Notes: a model not told the origin generated them from the sequence alone. A DNA stretch of 64,000 nt from Candidatus Latescibacterota bacterium (GCA_022825835.1 JAJDVZ010000157.1:50322-114321); one strand, 5' to 3'; numbered from the stretch's first letter, positions 44,010 to 54,350 are shown. Numbers and translations are program-made.

Positions 44010-45092
44010 ATGAAAGCGCTCGTTGCGCTCGCGGATGGCACTGTCTTTGAGGGCCGTGCCCTTGGCCGTGGGGGTGAGTGCCTCGGCGAAATGGTCTTCA
44101 ATACCAGCATGACCGGCTATCAGGAAATTCTCACAGACCCCTCCTATGCCGGCCAGATCGTCACCATGACGTACCCACTCATAGGCAATTACGGGGTCAC
44201 GCCTGAAGACGACGAATCGGCGCGGCCTCAAGTTCGTGGCTTCCTGATGAAAGAGTGCTCTCGCCTGCCGAGTAGCTGGCGTGCGCGTCAGAGCTTACCC
44301 GAGTATCTCGAAGAACACGGCGTGCTCGGCATCGAAGGGATCGACACCCGCGAGTTGACTCGCAGAGTGCGCATTGAGGGCGTGATGGACGCCGCCATTT
44401 CCACTACCGATCTCGACCCGGACAGCTTAGTTGAAAAGGCGCGCGCATGGCCTGGGCTTGTCGGTGTCGATATGGTCGCCGCTGTTAGCTGCTCTGCGCC
44501 CTATGTCGAAAGCCCCGAAGCCCCGCGCTTCCACGTCGTCGCCTTAGACTACGGGATCAAGCGCAATATCGTCCGCTGCTTGGTTGCCGCAGGATGCAAG
44601 GTGACGGTCGTGCCGGCCAAAACTACGGCCGACGAGGTCTTGGCCTTGGAGCCGGACGGCGTTTTTCTTTCCAACGGTCCGGGCGACCCCCGGCCTCTCG
44701 ACTACGCGATTGCGACTTGTAAGGGCCTCATCGGCAAGAAGCCAATTTTCGGTATCTGCTTGGGCCACGAGATTCTCGGCTTGGCCTTTGGCGCGGAAAT
44801 TTACCGCCTCAAATTCGGGCACCGAGGAGCCAATCAGCCGATCAAGGAACGCGCCAGCGAACGGATTCTAATCACCTCTGAAAACCACGGCTGGGGCATT
44901 GCAGCCGACTCGTTGCCCGACTGCCTCGAAATCACTCGCCTCAACCTCAACGATAATTGCGTCGAGGGCCTGCACCACCGAGAACTGCCCATTTTTTCCA
45001 TCCAGTGCCACCCGGAGGCCTCGCCAGGCCCGCACGACAGCTTCCATCTGTTTAGCTATTTCGCCGAGTTGATGGAAGCGCACGCCTCCTAG
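44010..45092 (+). CDS. carA: carbamoyl-phosphate synthase small (glutaminase) subunit
   Basis: FNTSMTGYQEILTDPSY, GICLGHE and QCHPE. Confidence 0.95.
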   Translation: MKALVALADGTVFEGRALGRGGECLGEMVFNTSMTGYQEILTDPSYAGQIVTMTYPLIGNYGVTPEDDESARPQVRGFLMKECSRLPSSWRARQSLPEYLEEHGVLGIEGIDTRELTRRVRIEGVMDAAISTTDLDPDSLVEKARAWPGLVGVDMVAAVSCSAPYVESPEAPRFHVVALDYGIKRNIVRCLVAAGCKVTVVPAKTTADEVLALEPDGVFLSNGPGDPRPLDYAIATCKGLIGKKPIFGICLGHEILGLAFGAEIYRLKFGHRGANQPIKERASERILITSENHGWGIAADSLPDCLEITRLNLNDNCVEGLHHRELPIFSIQCHPEASPGPHDSFHLFSYFAELMEAHAS

Positions 45093-45119
45093 GAAGCACA
45101 CCCATCCAAAGGACCTTTC

Positions 45120-46166
45120 ATGCCCGTAGTCCAACACGACGTCCTCAAAGATCTCTGCTATCGCATTTTTGCCGCTACAGGCATTCCCGCAGATGACGCC
45201 CTTATCGTCGCCGACCACGTCGTTGAAAGCCACCTGCACGGCCACGACTCCCACGGCACTTGGCTCGTCTCCGGCTATGCCCGCGGAATGCAAAACAACT
45301 ACGTCCGCTGGGAAGAGACCGAAGTCGTGCGCGATACCCCTGTGCTCAGAGTCATAAACGGCAAGGGGGCCAACGGCATCGTCGCCGTCAATCGCGCCCT
45401 CGACATTGCCGTTGAAAAAGCCCAAAACTCCACCTTCGGCTTTGTTGGTCTCAACCACATCTCCCATATCTGCCGCCTCGGCGACTATCCGCCGCGGATC
45501 GCCGAAAGGGGCATGATCGGCATGGTTTGGCTCAATGGCGGCGGCCTCTTCCTCGCGCCCTTTGGCTCGGCGGACCGCCGCCTGCGTCCTGAGCCTATTG
45601 CCTTTTCCGCCCCGCGCCAAAATGGCCCGCCTTTCATGCTCGATATGACCATGACCGTCGTGGCCGGTGGCAAAATCGTGCAGAAAAACATCCGCCAGGA
45701 GCCGATGCCCGAGGGGTGGGTTATAGATCAGGAAGGTCAGCCCGTCACCGAGGCCCAGCGCTATTTAGACGACGCCGAGGGTACAGGCGTCTTGCCGTTG
45801 GGCGGCCAGCAGTTTGGCCACAAGGGCAGTGGACTGGCGATGATGGTGGAAATGTTGGTGGGACCGCTCTCTCATGCTGGTTGTACCAAAGAAGGCGGCA
45901 AAGGTGGTAACGGGACCATGGTCCTAGCGATCAATATTGAGGACTTTATCGATTTGGACTCGTACGAGCGCGAAGTCGAAGAGATGGCCAAGTGGGTGTG
46001 CTCGGCGCGCCCCTTGCCCGGATTTGAGCAAGTCTATGCGCCCGGCGAAATCGAACAGAAGACGAGGGCGCGGCTACTGCTCGAAGGCATTGATTTGCCC
46101 CAACCCACTTGGGATGAACTCGGCAAAGTGGCGGCGGAACTGAGCGTAGAAATACCCGCGCTGTAA
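45120..46166 (+). CDS. Ldh_2-family (malate/L-lactate/sulfolactate dehydrogenase-like) oxidoreductase
   Basis: GHDSHG and GGQQFGHKGSGLAMMVE motifs. Confidence 0.75.
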   Translation: MPVVQHDVLKDLCYRIFAATGIPADDALIVADHVVESHLHGHDSHGTWLVSGYARGMQNNYVRWEETEVVRDTPVLRVINGKGANGIVAVNRALDIAVEKAQNSTFGFVGLNHISHICRLGDYPPRIAERGMIGMVWLNGGGLFLAPFGSADRRLRPEPIAFSAPRQNGPPFMLDMTMTVVAGGKIVQKNIRQEPMPEGWVIDQEGQPVTEAQRYLDDAEGTGVLPLGGQQFGHKGSGLAMMVEMLVGPLSHAGCTKEGGKGGNGTMVLAINIEDFIDLDSYEREVEEMAKWVCSARPLPGFEQVYAPGEIEQKTRARLLLEGIDLPQPTWDELGKVAAELSVEIPAL

Positions 46167-46195
46167 GTAGGGGGCGGTTCGCGAACCGCCCCTAC
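46167..46195. repeat. second copy of the GTAGGGG-CG-TTCGCGAA-CG-CCCCTAC palindrome between convergent genes
   Basis: gtagggggcggttcg/cgaaccgcccctac has one bulged G. Relative to the copy at 22829-22856, the A:T arm pair is replaced by G:C on both arms, which is compensatory. Confidence 0.7.
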
Positions 46196-46253
46196 GGATG
46201 GCGAACCGCCGACGGACGCACCTAGACCACGATCAATCTGCCAACACCATTCG

Positions 46254-47504
46254 TTAATGGAACAGTTTGAAATTTTCCGCATCCATGCAGCGCGCTTGGT
46301 GCATGAGCACGGCGTTCATCAGCTCGATGGCCAGCCGCGACTCTAGGGTCGCGCCAGCGCGCACGCCTACGCAGGGATCGTGGCGGCCCTTGGCGAGCTG
46401 GAACTCAATTTCTTCTAGATCCTTGCGCACGGAATTTTGGGGTCGGGCGATGGTGGCCGTGGGTTTGAAACTCAAGCGGCATACGAGCGGCATACCCGTG
46501 GTCACGCCGCCGAGCAGGCCGCCGTGGCTGTTGCTCTGGTACCCACTGGTGCGGATGGGATCGTTGTGCTCGCTGCCTCGGCGCGCCGACGAAGCGCTAC
46601 CCACGCCTATTTCGCAGGCCTGCACAGCGTGCAGGCCGCCGAGGCTGCCCATCAGGCGCAACTTCAGGCTTTGGTACAGCGGTTCGCCGACGAGCGGGGG
46701 CACGTTGACGGCCACTACTTCGAGCGCCGCGCCGATCGAGTCCTGCTCTTTGCGGGTCTTGGCAATCAGCTCGGCTGCTTGATGAGCGAAATCCGCATCC
46801 ACTGCGCGGAGCGGTCCGCGCTCTAGATCACTTTCGAGGGCGGCACACGTTGCGGGCGACAAGCGCTGTTCGTCGGCTTCGGCTAGTTCGGCGACTCGTG
46901 CCGCGAGGGAAATGCCCGTCTCTAACGGCCCGACTTGGCAGATCGAAGAAAAAATGGCCGTGCCGAAGTGCTCGGCTAGATAGAGGCGGGCGATGGTGCC
47001 GCCGATGACGTCGGAGATGGTCGAGCGATAGCTGGAACGCCCGCCACCGCGCACATCGACAAAGCCCCGCGACTTGTAGTGCTTGACGAGGTCCGTATGT
47101 CCGGGGCGGACGTGGCCCTGCGGCCCGGTGAACTGCTTGTAATCGCCCGAGCGCTTGGCGGCCGAAAGCACGGCTGCGGCGATCGGCTCGCCCGTAGTGA
47201 AGCCCGCTTCATAGGTATGCACTGGCTTTGCGTCTTCGTCTAGGTGCAAGTGCAGCGCCGGACCGGATAGGAGCTGGTCGAGATCCTCTGAGTAGAGGCC
47301 GGACAGCAGGGCGACTTGGTCGTCTTCCCGCCGGGGAGTGCCTAGCTTGTTGCTGCCGGGGCGGCGGCGGTCGAGATAGTGCTGGATTTGGGCGCGCTCC
47401 ACCCATAAGCCGGGGGGACAGCCGAAGATTGTGGTGACAATTGCCGGCCCGTGCGATTCTCCTGCTCCGGCAACGCCAAAAAGCGGGCCGCCGAGTACTT
47501 CCAT
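46254..47504 (-). CDS. aroC: chorismate synthase
   Basis: GESHGPAI..., RRPGSNKLGTPRRE, GGRSSYR and a C-terminal RHDPCV motif. Confidence 0.88.
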   Translation of the reverse strand: MEVLGGPLFGVAGAGESHGPAIVTTIFGCPPGLWVERAQIQHYLDRRRPGSNKLGTPRREDDQVALLSGLYSEDLDQLLSGPALHLHLDEDAKPVHTYEAGFTTGEPIAAAVLSAAKRSGDYKQFTGPQGHVRPGHTDLVKHYKSRGFVDVRGGGRSSYRSTISDVIGGTIARLYLAEHFGTAIFSSICQVGPLETGISLAARVAELAEADEQRLSPATCAALESDLERGPLRAVDADFAHQAAELIAKTRKEQDSIGAALEVVAVNVPPLVGEPLYQSLKLRLMGSLGGLHAVQACEIGVGSASSARRGSEHNDPIRTSGYQSNSHGGLLGGVTTGMPLVCRLSFKPTATIARPQNSVRKDLEEIEFQLAKGRHDPCVGVRAGATLESRLAIELMNAVLMHQARCMDAENFKLFH

Positions 47505-47639
47505 GCCAAAGGCTCCTTTGCCAAGGGATGCAAAAATCTACGGCTTTGCCCCGTGATCGGCAATTGGTGCGTTGCGGATTGCCGACTGGACATCTGCGAC
47601 AAATTTTTTACTATTTTTAGTAAGGGAGAGAGGCGATCA

Positions 47640-49106
47640 ATGGCAACCAACGAGAAGGAGCGCGGCGTTCCGAATGGCCGATACAAGAAGCTCGAATCCG
47701 AGCTGCGCACGGAACTGATCGCGGCTCAAGAGCGGTTGCAGCACGCTCAGTTCCCAACGCTCATCGTCTTGGGTGGTTTTGCTGGCGCAGGTCTGAACGC
47801 GGCGAGCAACGCGCTCAGACAGTGGATGGACTCGCACGGCATCGAGGTCTGCGCTTTTGAGCCGCCGTCCGCAGAGGAGCGCGAGCGTCCAGAGTACTGG
47901 CGCTATTGGCTTTCCCTGCCGCCGAAGGGAACCATCGGCATCTACTTGAACGGCTGGTACGATCGCCCGTTGCGCGACTTGGCTCATGGGCGCAGCGATG
48001 AGGCGACGTTTAAGCGCGACTTTGACCACATCGCGGCCTTTGAAAACGCGCTCGTCGTCGATGGTGCGCTGCTGATCAAGCTGTGGATCCACTTGGACAA
48101 AGAGGCGCGGCAGCAACGCATTGCGGACTTGGAGCAAAACCCGCTGACCCGCTGGCGGGTGAACGCGGACGAGAGAGAGGGCTTGAAGTACTACGACGAG
48201 TTCAAACGAGCCGGTGATCGCTTACTGCAAAAGACCGATAACCGAGGCGCTCGTTGGCAGGTTGTCGAAGGCAGCGATCCTCACTACACATTGGCGGTAG
48301 GCCATGCCGTGCGCGACGCCATCCGCCAGCGTCTAGGCGAAAAGAAGAGCCATCCCAAACTCGTCGAATCAGACTGGCCGTCCGCGCCCAACGTGTTGAC
48401 TCCGTTGGACATGGAACAGCGGGTAGCCAAGAAGGAGTACCAAGCCCTGCTCGAGCGATACCAAGGCCGGCTTTATCGCTTGACGCAGCAGGCGCGCCGC
48501 AAGGGCCTTTCGACCGTCTTGGTTTTCGAGGGGGCCGATGCTGCGGGCAAAGGCGGGATCATCCAGCGCCTGACTGCCGCCCTCGATCCCAGTGTCTATC
48601 AGATCATCCAAGTCGCCGCCCCCACGGAAGAGGAACATGCCCAACACTACCTCTGGCGTTTTTGGCGTCCCCTGCCGCGCGCGGGTCGGATGGTGATTTT
48701 CGACCGCAGTTGGTATGGCCGGGTGCTCGTCGAGCGCGTCGAGGGCTTTGCCGACGAAGCAGCTTGGCAGCGGGCATACGGCGAAATCAACGATTTTGAG
48801 CAGCAGCTAACAGACCGCGGCATGGTGGTGGCCAAGTACTGGATTCACATCGACAAGGACGAGCAATTGCGGCGCTTCAAGGCGCGGCAGGTGACGCCGC
48901 ACAAGCGCTGGAAGATCACCGACGAAGACTGGCGCAACCGCGAGAAATGGGACGAGTACGAGGCCGCTGTTGACGACATGGTAGCGCGCACCCACACGAC
49001 CGTTGCTCCTTGGACTTTGGTGGAGGGCAACGACAAACGCTTCGCCCGCCTCAAGGTCATCGAGACGTTTTGCCAGCAGCTAGAGCAAGCGCTGGCTAGT
49101 GGTTAG
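47640..49106 (+). CDS. ppk2: two-domain polyphosphate kinase 2 (polyphosphate:AMP/nucleotide phosphotransferase type)
   Basis: Two PPK2 modules, the second with FEGADAAGKGG and a lid motif. ATG 47640 follows GGGAGAGAGG. Confidence 0.85.
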   Translation: MATNEKERGVPNGRYKKLESELRTELIAAQERLQHAQFPTLIVLGGFAGAGLNAASNALRQWMDSHGIEVCAFEPPSAEERERPEYWRYWLSLPPKGTIGIYLNGWYDRPLRDLAHGRSDEATFKRDFDHIAAFENALVVDGALLIKLWIHLDKEARQQRIADLEQNPLTRWRVNADEREGLKYYDEFKRAGDRLLQKTDNRGARWQVVEGSDPHYTLAVGHAVRDAIRQRLGEKKSHPKLVESDWPSAPNVLTPLDMEQRVAKKEYQALLERYQGRLYRLTQQARRKGLSTVLVFEGADAAGKGGIIQRLTAALDPSVYQIIQVAAPTEEEHAQHYLWRFWRPLPRAGRMVIFDRSWYGRVLVERVEGFADEAAWQRAYGEINDFEQQLTDRGMVVAKYWIHIDKDEQLRRFKARQVTPHKRWKITDEDWRNREKWDEYEAAVDDMVARTHTTVAPWTLVEGNDKRFARLKVIETFCQQLEQALASG

Positions 49107-49180
49107 TGGGTTTGGCCGTGGATTGCCGGAAGGTCAGCGCAACAAACGCATTTCCGGCCCGGTGAGCGAGAGTTGAAGAC

Positions 49181-50509
49181 TTGCGCGTTCAATCGAACTA
49201 TTGCCAGAGCGCATCCGCAACTGTTCATGCCGCGTTCGATTCAAGATCGGGGAATTACCGCTATCTAGGGCAGGTCCTCGAAGTTCCCAGGGATCAGTAC
49301 GAAGCCTGCGTGCAGCAGATGCGCGACCGCATCGCACGGGGCAAGGTTCCGGGGGTTGCGAATCCCGCGGCCGCGCTGGTCAAGCAGGGCACGGTGACCT
49401 ATGTACAGGCGCGGAACATAGCTCGTGCGGGGAATGTTGATTGCTTGGTCTTTGATGCAAAAACGCAACGCGTGACCGCTACGGGTGCGTCGTCGGTCTC
49501 GTCTATTATTACCTATGCCCAAGACTTCCACGGCGGCACGAGTAGCCCAGCAGCGGTCAGAGCGGCGTTCCGATCCGCACTCGATCCTCGAAATAATGGC
49601 AGCAATGCGGTCATAAAAAGCATTGTTAACGCCCAGTGGTTGCCTCCTTTCGCTAGCATCCAGTTGTTGCGGTCTAAGAATGTTGCCATCGGAGTGGCAG
49701 CAGTGCGTAATGGGGTAAGGGCCCTATGGCGCACCTTAAATACGGAGGGCGGGCGCGAGATTATCCAGCGCATTCCCGTCTTGCTCAAGGTGAGCAGCAC
49801 CGCCCGCTTGGCCGCTGACAGTGGGCGCGAGGCGGTCCAGCGCATCGCCGCTGGGTCCCTTGGGAGAGCGGTCTCTGGGGCTGGCGCATTCAGTAACGTA
49901 TCCAGACTCCTCCGTTCCAATGCTATAACCGCGGTCATAACAACCGTGGTGACAAGTGCTCCAGACTTCTACCGAGCTGCTTTCGTCGGTTCCATTTCTT
50001 GGCGGCAGTTTGCCAAGAACACCACAGTGAATGCGGCCGCGGTTGCCGGGGGGGTTGGCGGCTGGATGGGCGGCATGATCGCCGGCGACGCCGTTGGTAG
50101 TGCAGTGCCTTTTATCAGCACGACTATAGGCAGTTTTATCGGTGGCGTCGTAGGTGGGTTGGCAGGTGGCACTGGGGCGCAGTTTGCGGCCAAGGCTGTT
50201 GCCGATCGCTTGGTTGACGACGACGCAAAGGATCTGATTGCAGCAATGGAAGATGAGGTACAGTTGCTGGCCAGCGAGTACATGCTCACGGAAAACGAGG
50301 TTGAACAAATCGCGGCGGCAGTTGGAGAGACCGTGAATCCGAAGTGGCTGCGCAGCATGTACAAGGCGACGAACAAACCCGCTAAGGATTATGCCCGTCG
50401 CAGCTTTGTCCGCACTAGGTTTGAACCAAAATTTGCCGCAATCATTCAAAAGCGGCCAAGAATTGCGCCGCCTTCAGTTGAAGAAGTAGGTTTAGACGAT
50501 GTCGACTAG
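49181..50509 (+). CDS. hypothetical protein with central glycine-zipper membrane segment(s)
   Basis: 442-aa ORF with a TTG start (uncertain). It contains GGVGGWMGGMIAGDAVGSAV...GGVVGGLAGGTGAQ. I recognise no family. Confidence 0.5.
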   Translation: MRVQSNYCQSASATVHAAFDSRSGNYRYLGQVLEVPRDQYEACVQQMRDRIARGKVPGVANPAAALVKQGTVTYVQARNIARAGNVDCLVFDAKTQRVTATGASSVSSIITYAQDFHGGTSSPAAVRAAFRSALDPRNNGSNAVIKSIVNAQWLPPFASIQLLRSKNVAIGVAAVRNGVRALWRTLNTEGGREIIQRIPVLLKVSSTARLAADSGREAVQRIAAGSLGRAVSGAGAFSNVSRLLRSNAITAVITTVVTSAPDFYRAAFVGSISWRQFAKNTTVNAAAVAGGVGGWMGGMIAGDAVGSAVPFISTTIGSFIGGVVGGLAGGTGAQFAAKAVADRLVDDDAKDLIAAMEDEVQLLASEYMLTENEVEQIAAAVGETVNPKWLRSMYKATNKPAKDYARRSFVRTRFEPKFAAIIQKRPRIAPPSVEEVGLDDVD

Positions 50510-50519
50510 GGCGTCGTCC

Positions 50520-52874
50520 CTACTTCTCCTGCATCCGCACCGGCGACGCGGCTAGCCCGTCGGTCTTTATTACCTCGTCGTTTTTATCAACCTGACCAAA
50601 TTCCAGCACGCCTGTGGGGCAAGACTGCACGCATGCGCTACAGCGCACGCACTCCGGGTCGGCCATGGGCAGCCCCTTGTTGGCGAAGTTCATAATGTCG
50701 ATGCCTTGGTGGCACACTGAGGTGCAGACATTGCAGGAGATGCACTTTTTCTTGTCGGCGAGGATGCGGAAGCGGCTGAAGCGCGCGTACACGTGCATCA
50801 GGGCCGCCAGCGGACAGGCGAAGCGGCACCACATCCGGCCGCTGAAATGCCAGTACAGCCCGACGCCTAAGATGCCGGCCAGCAGCAGATCGACCGACCA
50901 CACGTAGTTGAGAAAAGTCAGCGGGAAGGGCAGGTTGCCCCAGTTCGTGCCCTTGCCCATAAACAGCCCCATGTAGGCCCCGTTGATCCAGTGATCGTGC
51001 GGCAAAGCCCAGCCCACTAGACGCAATATGAGCAGCACGCTGGCCAATAGCAGCGCGACCTGCCCCACGATGTTCACCTTGTTCCACACCATGCCGTGCG
51101 GCATCTTGTGCCGGTGCGCGTCGCCCATGGTTTCGGCTAGGGCACCGCACGAGCAAATCCAGCCGCAGTAGGCCCCTTTGCCCCAGAAAAAGATGATCAG
51201 CGGGATGATGACGAAGGTCTGCACGAGGCTAATGGCCAGCCACCACCACAGCGGCTCGCTGGTGAAGACGTTCCAAAAGAACAGCGGCCAAGCGAGAATC
51301 AGCCCCAGAGATCGCCAGTATTCGCGCCCGTGTTCGGCCCATTCCGACTCGGGAAACAGGCCATCGGCCAGCGGCTTGAGCCAGGCACCCTCGTCGAACC
51401 ATCCGTTGTAGCCAGCCCAAGGCAAAAACACATAGGGCAGCAGAAAGAGCGGAATGCACTGGACCGCCATCAGCGTCAGCGTCTGCACTTTGATGTACGG
51501 CGTGCGCCGTCGCTTTATGCGCTGCAAGCCGAAGAGGACGACGCACAGGCAATAGGCCAGCGAGTAGTAGAAACTCGGCTGGGTCATCGATACCTGTATT
51601 GTATCCCACAGGGTATGGGCTGTCGGTGGTGCTGCTAGGTTGAAGGGGAAGAGATCGGCTTGGTCGAACCACTTCTTGACCGGAATGCCCGCGTCGGTCT
51701 TCCAGTGATAGACGAAAACCGCCGCCAGTAGGATGAGCCCCAAGGACAGCCACCGCTTAGGGCTCCATTCGCCGTTGATCTCCACGCCGCTGCGTCTGAA
51801 AAAGTCGAGTGGGGCCTCGCGCCCAATCATGGAGAACACTGCGTCGTTGGGCAGGCTCACTTCTTGGCCTTCGGCATCTTTGAGCGCGACTGCGTCGTCC
51901 TCGATGCGCAGCACTTGGCTGGCCATCAGCAGGCGGATCGATCCCGCTTGGCGGCCCTGCTCCATAAAGGCGCCGCTGCTGGTCGTCACCCGCTCGGAAG
52001 AAGGGGTGTCCACGGCCACATCGGCCATTGGATCGGCCTCAAGCATGTTCAGCTTTTCGACGTTTTCGGGCTTGGGGCGAGAAAATTCGGGTTTGCGGTA
52101 GGAGACGGTCACGCGCCCTCCGCATTGGGCGATGGCAATGGCCGCCTCTAAGGCGCTGTCGCCGCCGCCAACGACCAGCACGTCTTTGTCGCAGAAGTCA
52201 ACGGGATCGTGCAAGCGGTTGAAGACCTTGTCCAATTGTTCGCCCGGCACCCCTAACTTGCGAAAGTTGCCCGAGCGCCCAATTCCGACGATCACGCGGC
52301 GGGCCGTGATATTCTCCCCGCGCGGGATCTCCAGTTCAAAGAGGTCTCCCCGCTTTTTCACCTGCTCGACCCGCGCCATAGTCGGCTCGATGCCTTGGGC
52401 GAGCGTCTGCTCGTGCAACTCCTCGATCAGCGGCTCCTTGACCTCGGCACCAAAGCGGATCTGCCCGGCCGGCTCCATCTCGGTGGGATAGGTGTAAATG
52501 GGCTTTCCCTTGGGGAAATTGACCAGCGTGGAAAACGGCTCGGTCGCCTCCAAAAGCACAAACGACAATCCGGCCTCCCGCGCCTCCAAGGCCGCGGACA
52601 TGCCGGAAACGCCCGCGCCGATAATCGCCAAGTCCAAGACATCCTCCTGCCCCTTGCTGCGCTGGAATGCCTCGTCGGCTGCGATGTGCTGCACGGCCCG
52701 CGCGCCTGTATCGGCTGAAAACTTCAACAGCGGAATTCCGGTCAAGTCGCCGACGATGTACAGCCCGGAGACATTGCTCTGCCCGTGCTCATCCACCCGC
52801 GGCAACTTCTCCACCACGCCGGCTGGCCACCGCAGGTGCAACCAGTTTAGATAGCGACTGAGAAAATTGCTCAT
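50520..52874 (-). CDS. fusion of an FAD/NAD(P)-binding pyridine-nucleotide-disulfide-oxidoreductase-like domain, a polytopic NapH-like membrane domain and a 2x[4Fe-4S] ferredoxin
   Basis: IIGAGVSGMSAA and VVGGGDSALEAA dinucleotide motifs. These are followed by multiple TM helices, CGWICSCGALAE, and CISCNVCTSVC / CVRCSACVQSCP clusters. Confidence 0.75.
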   Translation of the reverse strand: MSNFLSRYLNWLHLRWPAGVVEKLPRVDEHGQSNVSGLYIVGDLTGIPLLKFSADTGARAVQHIAADEAFQRSKGQEDVLDLAIIGAGVSGMSAALEAREAGLSFVLLEATEPFSTLVNFPKGKPIYTYPTEMEPAGQIRFGAEVKEPLIEELHEQTLAQGIEPTMARVEQVKKRGDLFELEIPRGENITARRVIVGIGRSGNFRKLGVPGEQLDKVFNRLHDPVDFCDKDVLVVGGGDSALEAAIAIAQCGGRVTVSYRKPEFSRPKPENVEKLNMLEADPMADVAVDTPSSERVTTSSGAFMEQGRQAGSIRLLMASQVLRIEDDAVALKDAEGQEVSLPNDAVFSMIGREAPLDFFRRSGVEINGEWSPKRWLSLGLILLAAVFVYHWKTDAGIPVKKWFDQADLFPFNLAAPPTAHTLWDTIQVSMTQPSFYYSLAYCLCVVLFGLQRIKRRRTPYIKVQTLTLMAVQCIPLFLLPYVFLPWAGYNGWFDEGAWLKPLADGLFPESEWAEHGREYWRSLGLILAWPLFFWNVFTSEPLWWWLAISLVQTFVIIPLIIFFWGKGAYCGWICSCGALAETMGDAHRHKMPHGMVWNKVNIVGQVALLLASVLLILRLVGWALPHDHWINGAYMGLFMGKGTNWGNLPFPLTFLNYVWSVDLLLAGILGVGLYWHFSGRMWCRFACPLAALMHVYARFSRFRILADKKKCISCNVCTSVCHQGIDIMNFANKGLPMADPECVRCSACVQSCPTGVLEFGQVDKNDEVIKTDGLAASPVRMQEK

Positions 52875-52898
52875 GATCTCCTCCCTAAGTTTGGTTCG

Positions 52899-54350
52899 TC
52901 AGCGCACCAACATCATCATCCGCGCTTGGACAAATCCCGATGTTTCCAATCGGTATAGGTACGCGCCGCTGGCTACCGGCTGCCCGGCGTCGTCGCGCCC
53001 GTCCCAAGGTTGCAAGTATAGCCCGGCCGTTTGGTGTCCGTCCACCAGCGAGCGCACCCGCTGCCCAGCCGCGTTGAACACTCCCAGTTGCACCGGCCCG
53101 GCTACAGACAACTCGTACTGGATCAGCGTCTGGGCGTTGAACGGGTTGGGGAAGTTCTGGTTCAATGCGAAACTCGTTGGCGTCGAGTCAAACACCTCTT
53201 CGACGACCGTTGCGGTTTGTTCGATCTGCTCGATGTCCTCTTGGCTGAGAATTCCCTCACCCGGCTGCCAGACCTCAGTATCGGGCCAGTAGGCGGTCCA
53301 GGCAAACCACATGGCGTTGTAGGCCGGGACTTGCGCCAACCGCCGCCCCGCGAGCGGCCCGGCGACGGCTTCTCCGAGCATGTTCCAGCGCGACCCCGTC
53401 TCCGCATCCATGAATTCCACTGGTAGCAGTCCCTCGGACTCTACTCCGTAAAAGCTCAACGGCTCGTCGTCGAGCTGGCTGAAATAGGCCAAGGCCGTGA
53501 GCGACGCGGCGTCGAATAGGATGACTACGGGATCGCCGCCGACGAGATTGTTGATTACCACCCCGTCGGGCATCAGCGCGAAGGGAAAGGCTTTGGTCTG
53601 GTCACCGCGGCACAATCCCAACACTAAATCCTTGGTCTCAAAGCGATGGTCGAATGCGCCGCCGTTGGTCGAAGGGGGGAAGAGCAAGGCATTATGGTTG
53701 GTGCGGTAATCGCCGTAAGGATAGAAGGTGTATTGGTTTTCGTTGTAAGCGGGTCGCGAGTTGTAGTACTCCCAGCCCGTAGCGGCTTGTACCACGGTGG
53801 TGCTTGGGTACATCCGCTGCCAAAGCGCCCAAGTCGTCTCCACCACAGGCATCAGTTCTAGGCGATCGCCGGCTCGATCGCCGTTGATGGCCGTGTAAAT
53901 CATCTGCGGGTAGAGCGTTTCGCCGTCGCGCCGGTCGTACATGACCAAGTTGCTGTTGATCAGCAGCCCGGAAACCCCGAACTCGATTTGCGAGCCGTCG
54001 CCATCGGTGGCGTTGAAGACTTGGCCGGTACCTGTAAGCGGACACAAAGACACGACGACCGACTGATCGCCAACGCGGTCGTTGATGATCTCGTTCCACC
54101 AGCCGATGTTGTGCGGGTACGCTCGCGGTTCGCCGTTGATGACAATCCCCATAACTACGTCGTTTTCCTGTACGTAGTTTACTTCGTTCGGTGCCACGAA
54201 AGTGGGGTTTGTCAGGGCCGGAATGCCGTCTTTGGCCACTCCACCGGAGACGAGATGGCTGGTGAGAAAGCTCGGATCGTCGTAGCGGCCAGCTTCAGCC
54301 GGATAGATCGCCACCAGCAGCAGCAAAACGGACAAATAACCATGTCGCAT
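52899..54350 (-). CDS. secreted DUF3179-domain protein with C-terminal FlgD-Ig/T9SS-type sorting domain
   Basis: Signal peptide MRHGYLSVLLLLVAIYPAEA after AAAGGAG. DGIPALTNPTFV is DUF3179-like. The C-terminus reads LNQNFPNPFNAQT...YLYRLETSGFVQARMMMLVR. Confidence 0.75.
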   Translation of the reverse strand: MRHGYLSVLLLLVAIYPAEAGRYDDPSFLTSHLVSGGVAKDGIPALTNPTFVAPNEVNYVQENDVVMGIVINGEPRAYPHNIGWWNEIINDRVGDQSVVVSLCPLTGTGQVFNATDGDGSQIEFGVSGLLINSNLVMYDRRDGETLYPQMIYTAINGDRAGDRLELMPVVETTWALWQRMYPSTTVVQAATGWEYYNSRPAYNENQYTFYPYGDYRTNHNALLFPPSTNGGAFDHRFETKDLVLGLCRGDQTKAFPFALMPDGVVINNLVGGDPVVILFDAASLTALAYFSQLDDEPLSFYGVESEGLLPVEFMDAETGSRWNMLGEAVAGPLAGRRLAQVPAYNAMWFAWTAYWPDTEVWQPGEGILSQEDIEQIEQTATVVEEVFDSTPTSFALNQNFPNPFNAQTLIQYELSVAGPVQLGVFNAAGQRVRSLVDGHQTAGLYLQPWDGRDDAGQPVASGAYLYRLETSGFVQARMMMLVR

